From assembly GCA_964511645.1 (NCBI GenBank), contig CAZEGV010000002.1:2689-66688 (forward strand): a stretch of DNA of 64,000 nt, given 5' to 3'. Shown piece after piece: positions 39,655-49,200 of this stretch. A program made the position numbers and the translations under genes. Every line of letters starts with the position of its first letter. The first letter of the stretch is position 1. The notes beneath the pieces are model-generated. The model ran no database searches. It was not told the DNA's origin and saw nothing but the letters and a program-made list of their open reading frames with translations. The DNA is from an uncultured Cytophagales bacterium. GTDB taxonomy: Bacteria > Bacteroidota > Bacteroidia > Cytophagales > JAAEPT01.

Positions 39655-40224
39655 ATGTTAAATAGAATATGGATTCCCGCATTGATTTTACTAAGTGCTT
39701 GTGCACAAGTTAAGCAGGCTAAAAATTTTTCTGAATGCGAGTTTAATGTTGGTAAGACTAGCCGGGTAGTAGTGGCAGGGATTTCGTTAGATAGTAAAAA
39801 ATCTGCAAGTGATTTTAATTTTTTGGAAATAGGAAAGTTATTAAAAGCTTTGGGAGATAAAAATTTACCAATGTCGGCTAATGTAAATGTAGATATTCAA
39901 AATCAAGGAGAAAAAATGGCCGCCATTAATAAAATTGAATGGAAGGCTTTTATTGAAGATACGGAAATTACTCAAGGTACATTGGTGAAGCGTATAGAAG
40001 TGTCTGGGGGGAAAAATATAAGTGTGCTGATTAATGTACAGGCTAATATTGCAGAATTACTTTCAGGTGATGGACGTGGTGATATTATGAATTTTATGTC
40101 AGGTATGATGGGGGGTAGTGAAAAAGAGTCTTCTATTAAGTTAAAAATCAAACCTTACTTTAAAGTAGGGAACAAATTTGTAGGTTATCCGGGTTATATC
40201 AACCTAACTAAAAGGGTAAACTAA
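39655..40224 (+). CDS. Hypothetical lipoprotein (possibly LEA_2-like)
   Basis: Lipobox LLSAC; the fold assignment is tentative. Confidence 0.4.
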   Translation: MLNRIWIPALILLSACAQVKQAKNFSECEFNVGKTSRVVVAGISLDSKKSASDFNFLEIGKLLKALGDKNLPMSANVNVDIQNQGEKMAAINKIEWKAFIEDTEITQGTLVKRIEVSGGKNISVLINVQANIAELLSGDGRGDIMNFMSGMMGGSEKESSIKLKIKPYFKVGNKFVGYPGYINLTKRVN

Positions 40225-40584
40225 ATGAAACGGACACTAATATTAGGGGCGACTACAAATATTGAGCGTTACGCTTACAAGGCCGCAAAACGATTAACTC
40301 AGCACAAACACCCTATTGTGCCTGTTGGAATCAAAAAAGGTGAAGTATTTGGGGAAGTTATTTTGAATACTAAGGATTTACAAAAAGAGATTGATACGAT
40401 TACTTTATATGTAGGAGTTCGCCATCAACCAGAGTGGTATGGCTATATTGTTGAGACTAATCCAAGACGAGTTATCTTTAATCCTGGCACGGAGAATCCT
40501 GAACTGCAAACTCTGCTAAAGGAAAATGAAATCCCTTATGAAGAGGCTTGTACTTTGGTTTTGTTGAGTTTGAATGCTTATTAA
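40225..40584 (+). CDS. CoA-binding domain protein (YccU-like)
   Basis: 119 aa; ILGAT.N..RYAY and PV pattern. Confidence 0.65.
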   Translation: MKRTLILGATTNIERYAYKAAKRLTQHKHPIVPVGIKKGEVFGEVILNTKDLQKEIDTITLYVGVRHQPEWYGYIVETNPRRVIFNPGTENPELQTLLKENEIPYEEACTLVLLSLNAY

Positions 40585-40601
40585 GGGTAGGATTTTTTTT
40601 T

Positions 40602-40740
40602 GCGTTAGGGATTGACGTGGAAATTCTTTTTTATTTTTATACTTCGACAAGCTCAGCATGACAAAATTATAAAAATAAAAAAGATTGGGAACAAAAAGCC
40701 CGACCCCACGAGTTTGCCTTTTTGGCGAGTGGGGGAACGC
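40602..40740 (+). repeat. Structured interspersed repeat, copy B
   Basis: Same block order as copy A. Hairpin arms 40622-40641 / 40668-40686; closing helix GCGTT/AACGC. Confidence 0.75.
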
Positions 40741-40762
40741 CCAAGTTTTATTTTGAATTATA

Positions 40763-41398
40763 TTACTCTTTATTAATTAGGGTTTCTTCTGTGGGAAAGA
40801 ATTTTTTCTGATTAAACACGATATAAATCACTGAACAAAATATAGCAGCGTCTGCTACATTAAAAATAGGCCAAAGTGAATAATATGTGCTACCAAATAT
40901 TGGCCAGTCAGCTGGAGTTCGACCCCGTATAATGTCTACAAAAAACATATCAATTACTTTCCCGTGAAACCATGGTGTAGGCGGGTAAACAATGTTGCCA
41001 CTAGCATCTGTCGTTGTAACGAGTAATTTAGGGTCTAGTACAGCATAGAATATACTATCTAGTAAATTTCCTACAGCTCCGCCAAATATAAATGCTAAAC
41101 AAATTTGATAAGCCTTGTGCATCTTTTGTTTAAAAATTTTGGTGATATAATAGGCAATCCCCGTGATGGCAATAATACGAAATACTGTTAATATAATTTT
41201 ACCATATTCTCCGCCTATCTTTACTCCAAATGCCATCCCAGGGTTAGTGACGTACTGCAATTTAAAGAAATCACCAAATATAGGGATTACTGTGATGTCT
41301 TCTGTCATTGTTTGGTGTACAATATATTTGGTCAGTTGGTCTACAATGATTACTGCCAAAGAAATGAAGAAGAGTTTATATATTTTATTGTTTTTCAT
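40763..41398 (-). CDS. lspA: Lipoprotein signal peptidase (signal peptidase II)
   Basis: Four TM helices, conserved NPGMAFG and FNVAD motifs, adjacent to ileS. Confidence 0.85.
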   Translation of the reverse strand: MKNNKIYKLFFISLAVIIVDQLTKYIVHQTMTEDITVIPIFGDFFKLQYVTNPGMAFGVKIGGEYGKIILTVFRIIAITGIAYYITKIFKQKMHKAYQICLAFIFGGAVGNLLDSIFYAVLDPKLLVTTTDASGNIVYPPTPWFHGKVIDMFFVDIIRGRTPADWPIFGSTYYSLWPIFNVADAAIFCSVIYIVFNQKKFFPTEETLINKE

Positions 41399-41402
41399 CT
41401 AC

Positions 41403-44400
41403 CTATACTTCAATTGCTAAGTTAAATTTAAATTCATCTATCTCAATGGCTGTTCCGTTTTCTACTTTATCGCTTACCGCTAATGATAAAGCTTGTGTCT
41501 CGGCACAGATATAAGCTTCGTTAGTTGTTAAGGCATCTACAATTAAGCTTTCATTGTTTTCAATGCTAATTTTAATTTTGTCTTGTATTTCGAGTCCCAT
41601 TTCTTTACGTAAGTTTTGTACACGATTTACAATGTCTCTAGCGATACCTTCTTTGCGTAACTCGTCCGTAAGTGTAATGTCCAAAGCAACTGTTAGTTCA
41701 TTATCTGAAGCGACTAGCCAACCTGGGATATCCTGAAAGGTAATGTCTAAATCTTCTACAGATAAGTCTATGTTTTCACCGTCTAGTTGAAGCGTGATTT
41801 TACCTTCTTGCTCGGCAAGGTTGATTTGTTCTTGACTCATTTGAGCAATCACTCCTGCTAAGGCTTTCATTTGTTTACCGAACTTCTTACCGAGTGTTTT
41901 GAAGTTGGCTTTGACACGTTTCACCAAAATTGTAGCTGAGTCGTCTAGGTATTCAATTTCCTTTACGTTTACTTCATTTTTGATAAGTTCTTCTACTGCT
42001 TCAATTCTATTTTTGAAATTTTCATTCAAAATTGGGATCATTACTTTAGCAAGGGGCTGTCTTACTTTTAGTTTTTCTCCTTTTCGTAGTGAGTGAACAA
42101 GAGAAGAAGTGCGTTGTGCTAAGTCCATTCTAGCTTCTAATTCTTTGTCTATTACTGATTCGTTAGCAACAGGGAAGCCTGTAAGATGAATTGAGTCTAA
42201 GTCATCATATTTAACAACGCTGTTTAGGTCTTGATAAACTTTGTCAAAATAGAACGGTGCAATTGTAGAACTTAATTTGGCAACAGTTGATAAACACTCT
42301 ATTAAGGTTTGATAAGCGGCTTTTTTGTCTTCGTTATACTCACCTTTCCAGAATCTTTTTCTGTTTTGGCGGATGTACCAGTTGCTGAGGTTGTCGGTTA
42401 CAAATTGTTGTATCAATCGCCCTGCTTTTGTTAGGTCGTAGTCTTCAAAAGCAATGTCTACTTTTTTGATTAAAGTATGTAGTTTAGATAAAACCCATCG
42501 GTCACTTTCGGTACGATTAGCTAATGGAATTTGGGCTGTGCCATTATCAAACCCATCTAGGTTAGCGTATAAAGCAAAGAAATTATAAGTATTGTGGAAT
42601 GTCCCAAAAAACTTACGTTGTACTTCCGCTACTCCGTCAAGGTCAAATTTAAGGTTGTCCCAAGGGTTTGCGTTTGTAATCATGTACCAACGTGTAGCGT
42701 CTGGACCAAATTTGTTAATTGTTTCAAAAGGATTGACGGTATTGCCATGTCTTTTTGACATTTTATTACCTTTTTTGTCCAATACTAAGCCGTTAGCGAT
42801 TACGTTTTTGAAAGCAACTCTATCAAACAACATTACTGAAATGGCGTGAAGTGTAAAGAACCAACCACGAGTTTGATCTACTCCTTCGGCTATAAAATCA
42901 GCAGGACAGGCGTTTCCACTCTCTACTAGTTCTTTATTTTCGAATGGGTAATGCCATTGTGCATAAGGCATTGCTCCCGAATCAAACCAAACATCAATTA
43001 GGTCTGTTTCTCTGTACATCTCTTGCCCAGAGTCACTTACTAAGATGACATCATCTACATAAGGGCGGTGTAGGTCTTTGAGCTCAGTAGGATTATTAAT
43101 GCCTAATTTTTTATTGGCTTTTGCCATTTCTTGGTTCAGTTCTTCTACTGAGCCGATGCATTTTTCTGTTAAACCATCTTTTGTTTTCCAAATTGGAAGC
43201 GGAGTACCCCAATAGCGAGAACGAGATAAATTCCAATCTACAAGGTTTTCTAACCAATTACCAAACCTACCTTGCCCCGTAGCTTCTGGCTTCCAGTTGA
43301 TAGTTTTGTTTAGCTCTACCATTCTGTCTTTTACGGCAGTAGTCTTGATGAACCATGAGTCTAGTGGGTAATACAATACAGGTTTATCTGTTCGCCAACA
43401 ATGTGGGTAACTGTGTTCGTATTTTTTAACATCAAAAGCTCTGTTTTCTTCTTTTAGTTTGATGGCAATTCTTACGTCTACGTTTTTGTATTCGTCAGGA
43501 ATTTCATCTAAATAGTCTGCTTTTACAGGCTCGTTTGCAAAGTCTGTTACTTCTGATACAAAACAACCTCTCTTATCTACAAGTGGAACTTCGTTCCCTA
43601 AAATATCTTTTACAACGATTCCAGGTATTCCTGCTAATTCTGCCACACGCTTGTCATCAGCACCAAAAGTAGGGGCAATGTGTACGATTCCTGTACCGTC
43701 TGTGGTCGTTACAAAATCACCAATGATTACTTTAAAAGCAGGTGTTGCTGGTTGCACATAAGGCATTAATTGTTCGAACTCCGTTCCTGCTAAGTCACTA
43801 CCTTTGTATTCAGTTACAATTTTCCAAGGGATTAATTTATCTCCGCCTTGATAATCAGCATAAGTAATTTCTGATGATTTTTCGCTGAAATAAACACTTA
43901 ATCTATCCTTAGCAAGGATGACCTCAATAGGTTCAAAAGTATATTGATTATATGTTTTTACTTTTACGTAAGTAATTCCTTTTCCTACCGCTAGGGCAGA
44001 GTTGGATGGTAATGTCCACGGAGTAGTTGTCCAAGCCAATAAAAATTCATTTGTACTACCTTTTATTTTGAATTGAGCTACAATTGTAGTGTCCTTTACA
44101 TCACGATAGCAACCTGGTTGATTCAATTCATGTGAGCTTAACCCAGTGCCAGCAGCAGGAGAGTATGGCTGGATACTTAAGCCTTTATATAAAAAACCTT
44201 TGTCGTATAGTTTCTTTAGCAAAGCCCATAAAGTTTCGATATAGTCATTGTCAAAGGTCATATATGGGTTTTCTAAATCTACCCAATACCCCATCTGTTT
44301 AGTCAAATCGTCCCACTGCGATTTAAACTCCATTACAGATTCTCTACAAGCTTTGTTATAATCTTTTACCGATATTTTAGTGCCGATATCTTCTTTGGTA

Positions 44401-44705
44401 ATCCCTAATTTTTTTTCTACTTGAAGCTCTACTGGTAGTCCGTGAGTATCCCAGCCACCTTTACGCTTCACCTGAAACCCTTTTAATGTTTTGTAACGAC
44501 AAATCACATCTTTAACGGCACGAGCCATTACGTGATGAATACCAGGTGCTCCATTGGCAGAAGGAGGTCCTTCAAAAAAAGTAAAATTCTCTTTTCCTTC
44601 TCTAGTTGTTATAGATTGGTTAAATACATTTTTTTCTTGCCACTGAGTCAGTATTTCTTCTGCTACTTGAGCGTAATTAATGCCTTTGTATTCGTTAAAT
44701 TTCAT
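41403..44705 (-). CDS. ileS: Isoleucine--tRNA ligase (type 2)
   Basis: HIGH-type PSANGAPGIHH, KMSKRHGN, and an editing-domain WTTTPWTLP. Confidence 0.95.
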   Translation of the reverse strand: MKFNEYKGINYAQVAEEILTQWQEKNVFNQSITTREGKENFTFFEGPPSANGAPGIHHVMARAVKDVICRYKTLKGFQVKRKGGWDTHGLPVELQVEKKLGITKEDIGTKISVKDYNKACRESVMEFKSQWDDLTKQMGYWVDLENPYMTFDNDYIETLWALLKKLYDKGFLYKGLSIQPYSPAAGTGLSSHELNQPGCYRDVKDTTIVAQFKIKGSTNEFLLAWTTTPWTLPSNSALAVGKGITYVKVKTYNQYTFEPIEVILAKDRLSVYFSEKSSEITYADYQGGDKLIPWKIVTEYKGSDLAGTEFEQLMPYVQPATPAFKVIIGDFVTTTDGTGIVHIAPTFGADDKRVAELAGIPGIVVKDILGNEVPLVDKRGCFVSEVTDFANEPVKADYLDEIPDEYKNVDVRIAIKLKEENRAFDVKKYEHSYPHCWRTDKPVLYYPLDSWFIKTTAVKDRMVELNKTINWKPEATGQGRFGNWLENLVDWNLSRSRYWGTPLPIWKTKDGLTEKCIGSVEELNQEMAKANKKLGINNPTELKDLHRPYVDDVILVSDSGQEMYRETDLIDVWFDSGAMPYAQWHYPFENKELVESGNACPADFIAEGVDQTRGWFFTLHAISVMLFDRVAFKNVIANGLVLDKKGNKMSKRHGNTVNPFETINKFGPDATRWYMITNANPWDNLKFDLDGVAEVQRKFFGTFHNTYNFFALYANLDGFDNGTAQIPLANRTESDRWVLSKLHTLIKKVDIAFEDYDLTKAGRLIQQFVTDNLSNWYIRQNRKRFWKGEYNEDKKAAYQTLIECLSTVAKLSSTIAPFYFDKVYQDLNSVVKYDDLDSIHLTGFPVANESVIDKELEARMDLAQRTSSLVHSLRKGEKLKVRQPLAKVMIPILNENFKNRIEAVEELIKNEVNVKEIEYLDDSATILVKRVKANFKTLGKKFGKQMKALAGVIAQMSQEQINLAEQEGKITLQLDGENIDLSVEDLDITFQDIPGWLVASDNELTVALDITLTDELRKEGIARDIVNRVQNLRKEMGLEIQDKIKISIENNESLIVDALTTNEAYICAETQALSLAVSDKVENGTAIEIDEFKFNLAIEV

Positions 44706-44883
44706 CGTATTTGCTGTTCTCCTTTGCGGTCAGATTCTCAATAATCAGTAAAGATACAAAGTCTTCTAATATATGTTGTTTTTATACTTAAAAAGTAATG
44801 CGATAAAGACTTTACTTTTATGATTATTAAAATAATTTCAAGAAAAAATGTATATCAATCTAAAAATTAGCTTAATATAAGCG

Positions 44884-45129
44884 ATGAGTAAAAATGAACT
44901 ACCTACATACAGCCATTCTCAACTTGCGTTGCGTAATGGGCAAGATTATCCTGAGGTTTGGTGTGCCTATAAAAACAATATTTATGATGTAAGTATTTCA
45001 AAACTTTGGAGAAAAGGGCAACATTATGAGCATTGGGCAGGGCAAGATCTCACTTTAGAGCTAAAAGATGCACCTCATACCGAAAATGTTTTTGATAAAT
45101 TTAAAATAGTTGGTACATTAAGACCATGA
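44884..45129 (+). CDS. Cytochrome b5-like heme/steroid-binding domain protein (COG4892-like)
   Basis: Pattern V.DVS.S.LW..G.H...H.AG.DLT.E...APH.E.V...F..VG.L as I recall this family. Stop overlaps the next start by 4 nt. Confidence 0.5.
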   Translation: MSKNELPTYSHSQLALRNGQDYPEVWCAYKNNIYDVSISKLWRKGQHYEHWAGQDLTLELKDAPHTENVFDKFKIVGTLRP

Positions 45130-45968
45130 TTTTAGTAGCAGATAGTGGATCGACCAAAACAGACTGGAAACTTATTGATAATAATAACGTTCTAGAGACT
45201 ATACACACCGAAGGAATAAATCCTTTTCATCAAAGAAAGGAGGACATAGAAAAAATCATAACTACAAGTGCATTAACTACTTTGGTAGAAAATGTAGAAG
45301 AGGTGTATTTTTATGGAGCGGGCTGTAATTTCCCTGAAAATATTCGTACAATGCAAAATGCTGTGCGCACCACTTTTTATGATGCAAGGATTTTTGTCGA
45401 GCATGATTTACTCGCCGCAGCAAGAGCTTTGTGTGGGCGTAGTGCTGGTGTAGCTTGTATCTTAGGTACAGGGTCCAATTCTTGTTTTTTTGATGGAAAA
45501 GTAATTGTACAAAACAATCCCTCGTTAGGTTATATACTAGGAGATGAAGGTGGCGGAGTACATATCGGAAAGAAGTTTTTGAGAGATTTTTTATACAAAG
45601 AATTACCTCACAGTTTACAACAGAAATTTGATAAAGAGTATGATGTGTCGGTAGATACTGTATTGGATAATATTTACAATAAGTATTTACCAAATAGGTA
45701 CATATCTGGATTTATGAAGTTTATCTCTGCCAATATTGAACACCCCTATATGCATGGATTGGTGTATGAGTCTTTCTATGATTTTATTGACATGCACGTT
45801 ACCAAATATAATCAGGCAGAAGAACATAAAGTACATTTTGTAGGTTCTATTGCTTACAATTTTAAAGAGATACTTCAAAAAGTAGTGATTGACTCAGGGT
45901 TGATACTGGGTACTGTAATTGAGCAACCAATACACGGACTTGTGCTTTACCACCAAAATAAAATATAA
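45126..45968 (+). CDS. BadF/BadG/BcrA/BcrD-type sugar kinase (GlcNAc/MurNAc kinase, MurK-like)
   Basis: ADSGSTKTDW phosphate-1 motif and ILGTGSNS; sits directly upstream of murQ. Confidence 0.65.
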   Translation: MILVADSGSTKTDWKLIDNNNVLETIHTEGINPFHQRKEDIEKIITTSALTTLVENVEEVYFYGAGCNFPENIRTMQNAVRTTFYDARIFVEHDLLAAARALCGRSAGVACILGTGSNSCFFDGKVIVQNNPSLGYILGDEGGGVHIGKKFLRDFLYKELPHSLQQKFDKEYDVSVDTVLDNIYNKYLPNRYISGFMKFISANIEHPYMHGLVYESFYDFIDMHVTKYNQAEEHKVHFVGSIAYNFKEILQKVVIDSGLILGTVIEQPIHGLVLYHQNKI

Positions 45969-46774
45969 TGACTTCTACAGAGTCTAGCTCTTTGTATGAT
46001 GATTTAGAAAAACAATCAGTACAAAGTTTGCTTCAAAACATTAATAAAGAGGATAGGAAAGTAGCCGAAATTACTACCTCTGTCATTCCTCAAATCACTG
46101 ATTTGGTAAAAGAAATAGTAACTCGCATGCAATCTGGTGGGAGATTATTCTATATTGGTGCAGGAACTAGCGGTAGGCTTGGTGTACTTGACGCTTCTGA
46201 ATGCCCGCCAACTTATGGCGTAGATCACAATACTGTAATCGGAATTATTGCAGGGGGGGATGGTGCCATCCGAAAAGCAGTAGAAAATGCTGAAGATGAC
46301 CCGAATCAAGGATGGGTGGACTTACAAGATTTCAAAATTACGGAAAAAGACATTGTAATTGGAATAGCCGCTAGTGGAAGAACTCCTTACGTAATTGGCG
46401 GAGTCACTACTGCAAGAGCAAACAAAATACTCACTGCTTGCATCACTTGTAACGAGAATACTCAGCTTGCAGAAGCAGTAGAGTACCCTATTGAGGTAGT
46501 GGTAGGACCCGAATTTGTGACAGGGAGTACCAGAATGAAAGCTGGAACAGCCCAAAAGCTTGTTTTAAATATGATTTCTACAACAGTAATGATACAGTTG
46601 GGTCATGTAAGGGGCAACAAAATGGTGGACATGAGACTCAGTAACGAAAAACTAAAAGAACGTGCTGCGATTATGGTTACACAAGAAACAGGCGTTTCTA
46701 TAGAAGAAGCACGAAAAATACTTTTAACCCACGATAATGTTCGTGAAGCAGTACAAACAATAAAGCAATCTTAA
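45968..46774 (+). CDS. murQ: N-acetylmuramic acid 6-phosphate etherase
   Basis: SIS domain GAGTSGRLG, ECPPT(Y/F)G, STRMKAGTAQK. Confidence 0.9.
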   Translation: MTSTESSSLYDDLEKQSVQSLLQNINKEDRKVAEITTSVIPQITDLVKEIVTRMQSGGRLFYIGAGTSGRLGVLDASECPPTYGVDHNTVIGIIAGGDGAIRKAVENAEDDPNQGWVDLQDFKITEKDIVIGIAASGRTPYVIGGVTTARANKILTACITCNENTQLAEAVEYPIEVVVGPEFVTGSTRMKAGTAQKLVLNMISTTVMIQLGHVRGNKMVDMRLSNEKLKERAAIMVTQETGVSIEEARKILLTHDNVREAVQTIKQS

Positions 46775-47802
46775 TGAGAAATAATATCGAGGCGATTAAG
46801 CCTATTTTAGCATCACCAAAAAAAATATTTATTACCACACACGCTAGACCAGATGCCGATGCACTTGGGTCTTCACTCGGTCTTAAGCTTTTTTTGGAAG
46901 CATTAGGACATACTGTGTCAGTGGTTGTGCCTACGTCATACCCTGACTTTATAGATTGGATGCCAGACACTAAAGATGTTATTGTTTTTGATCCAGAAAA
47001 CCCTCAGCCAGTAGAGAAGCTAATTGCTAATTGTAATTTACTAGTTTGCACGGATTTTTCTAGGTTAGATAGAGTCTTTGACTTAGAACCATATTTACGG
47101 AAACATACAGGTGATTTTTTACTAATCGATCATCATCTTGACCCAGAAGAATTTGCACAATATGAGCTATGGGATCCTAAAGCTTCTTCTGCTTGTGAAT
47201 TGGTAGTGAGGATGATGCAATCACTTGGCTATGATGAGTTAATAACAATAGATATTGCCGCTTGTTTATATACAGGAATCATGACGGATACTGGCTCTTT
47301 TCGATTCCCTAGTACTAGCCCTGCGGTACATCGCACACTAGCTAGGTTGTTAGAAACAGGGCTTGACCATTCTAAAATTCACCGTACTATTAACGAAAAT
47401 AACCGAGAAAGTAGATTGAGAATATTAGGACATGCTCTTTCTCAAAAGTTAGTGATATTACCAGAATATCGCACTGCTTTTGTTTCGCTTACCGCAAAAG
47501 AATTGGAGCAATTTAATTACAAGCAAGGAGATACAGAAGGTATTGTGAATTTTGTACTCTCTTTAGAAGGCATTATCTTTGCAGGTATCTTTATGGATAA
47601 AGATGAAATGATAAAAATTTCTTTTCGTTCGGTGGGAGATTTTAGTGTTGCTAATTTTTCTAATCAACATTTTAGTGGTGGCGGACATAAAAATGCCGCA
47701 GGTGGAAAAGGAGACGGAACTTTAGATGAGGTTTTAGAAAAGTTTCAATCATTATTGCCTCAATATAAAGATGGCTTATTAAACTCTAATGACGATGAAT
47801 AA
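46774..47802 (+). CDS. nrnA: DHH/DHHA1 phosphoesterase (NrnA-like oligoribonuclease/pAp phosphatase)
   Basis: HARPDADALGS, IDHH and GGGHKNAAGG motifs. Confidence 0.75.
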   Translation: MRNNIEAIKPILASPKKIFITTHARPDADALGSSLGLKLFLEALGHTVSVVVPTSYPDFIDWMPDTKDVIVFDPENPQPVEKLIANCNLLVCTDFSRLDRVFDLEPYLRKHTGDFLLIDHHLDPEEFAQYELWDPKASSACELVVRMMQSLGYDELITIDIAACLYTGIMTDTGSFRFPSTSPAVHRTLARLLETGLDHSKIHRTINENNRESRLRILGHALSQKLVILPEYRTAFVSLTAKELEQFNYKQGDTEGIVNFVLSLEGIIFAGIFMDKDEMIKISFRSVGDFSVANFSNQHFSGGGHKNAAGGKGDGTLDEVLEKFQSLLPQYKDGLLNSNDDE

Positions 47803-48679
47803 ACTAATCATACTATTACTAGTTGGCTTAAGCTATGGTGCTTATGCTCAAGAATACAGGCAAACGGAAACTGGCTTAGAGTTTAAGTTTTATCATGACG
47901 AACAAGGTGTAACTGCCAAGTTAGGTGATTTCTTGAGTCTTCACATGATTATAAAGGGTGAAAATGGTTATGAGGTCAAAAATTCATACAAAGAAAAAGG
48001 CGGTAAACAAATTTTGTTTCCTGTAAAGGTAAGTGCACATGAAGCTGACTTATATGAAGCAGTAAAAATGCTATCAATAGGTGATAGTGCTACGTTTAGA
48101 ATTTCTACAGACTCGATGTATGCAAAAATTTTTAAAAAACCAATCCCATCAGGTTTAAGTGCTGGAAGTAAATTATTAGTTAATGTTAAATGTTTTAGCA
48201 TCACTACACAGCAAGCACATTACGATAAGTTAGTAGAAAAAAATAAACAAGAAACTGTTAAAAGAAAAACTGAAATCATTGTTAATAAAAAAAGAGAGTC
48301 GGAAGAAATCGAATCTTATTTTAAGAGAAATGAATTTATTGCAAATAAAACGGCTTCTGGTATTTATTATATGCACAAAAAAATAGGGAAGGGGAGACTT
48401 GTCCAAAAAGGGAACTCTCTATTGGTAGACTTTGAAATGAAACGATTGGATGGGTTTGTCTTAGAGTCTTCATATAAAGATTCCGAAAAACCTTTTTTTA
48501 CTGTCGGTAATGGTGAGATTATCCCAGGATTAGAAGAGGCTATTTTATTAATGAGAGATGGTGGGTATTCATTAATTGTAATCCCTTCTTATCTAGCGTA
48601 TGGTTTTAAGGGAAAAGGAGAAAAGATTCCGCCTTACACTCCTATCGTTTTTGAACTAGGAATTTTAAGTGTAAGATAA
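47789..48679 (+). CDS. FKBP-type peptidyl-prolyl cis-trans isomerase (two FKBP-like halves)
   Basis: Signal peptide; the C-terminal half has G.IPG.EEA...M..G........P..LAYG. Confidence 0.8.
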   Translation: MTMNKLIILLLVGLSYGAYAQEYRQTETGLEFKFYHDEQGVTAKLGDFLSLHMIIKGENGYEVKNSYKEKGGKQILFPVKVSAHEADLYEAVKMLSIGDSATFRISTDSMYAKIFKKPIPSGLSAGSKLLVNVKCFSITTQQAHYDKLVEKNKQETVKRKTEIIVNKKRESEEIESYFKRNEFIANKTASGIYYMHKKIGKGRLVQKGNSLLVDFEMKRLDGFVLESSYKDSEKPFFTVGNGEIIPGLEEAILLMRDGGYSLIVIPSYLAYGFKGKGEKIPPYTPIVFELGILSVR

Positions 48680-48683
48680 AAGC

Positions 48684-49155
48684 CTAAAAACCATAACCAA
48701 CATGAAGCCCTAAGCTAATGTGAATATCTTCAGGGTCATAGGCGATTTCAAATGCTGGTCCTATATGGAAGTCATTGATTTCAAACTCATAAGCAGATTC
48801 GAGGTGTAATGCAAAATTCAAGTCTGAGTTTTTATCTTCAGTTGTTAAACCTGGAGATATATTAAACGTCAACCGTTCTATCGGTGTGTAAGCGAGTACA
48901 AAACCAAAAGTATTGTGTTTATGTTGGTCAAAGATCCTTTCGTAGCCAAGTCCAATTCCTAGTTTTGTTTCGGCAATATGATGGACATAATGAATATGGA
49001 GTCCATAAGCGAGTTCTTTTTCTTTTAGAAAATAAACAGGGGCGTTAGCTACGCCAATTTCGTTATGATGATGCTCATGATGTTCTTCTTCTGCTTGAGC
49101 AAATACAAGAAAGGGATGTTATAAACAACAAAGTAAACAGAGGGACACGTTTCAT
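48684..49155 (-). pseudogene. Small His-rich outer-membrane beta-barrel-like protein gene with a +1 frameshift after the signal peptide
   Basis: Frame 1 reads MKRVPLFTLLFITSLSCICSSRRRTS then stop. The next frame is open from HPFLVFAQAEEEHHEHHHNEIG... to ...LGLHVGYGF. The total is 472 nt, not a multiple of 3. Removing one base in the CCC/TTT run (plus strand about 49105-49120) gives a clean signal peptide ...FLVFAQA. Confidence 0.65.
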
Positions 49156-49200
49156 GACTTTATCAAACTTTAAATTAAAAAACAAAAACAATAGAGGTTT

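Noticed and set aside
44706-44883. Leader or T-box-type control upstream of ileS
   Set aside because: I could find no specifier-loop or T-box consensus and no terminator/antiterminator pair. T-boxes are not expected in Bacteroidota.
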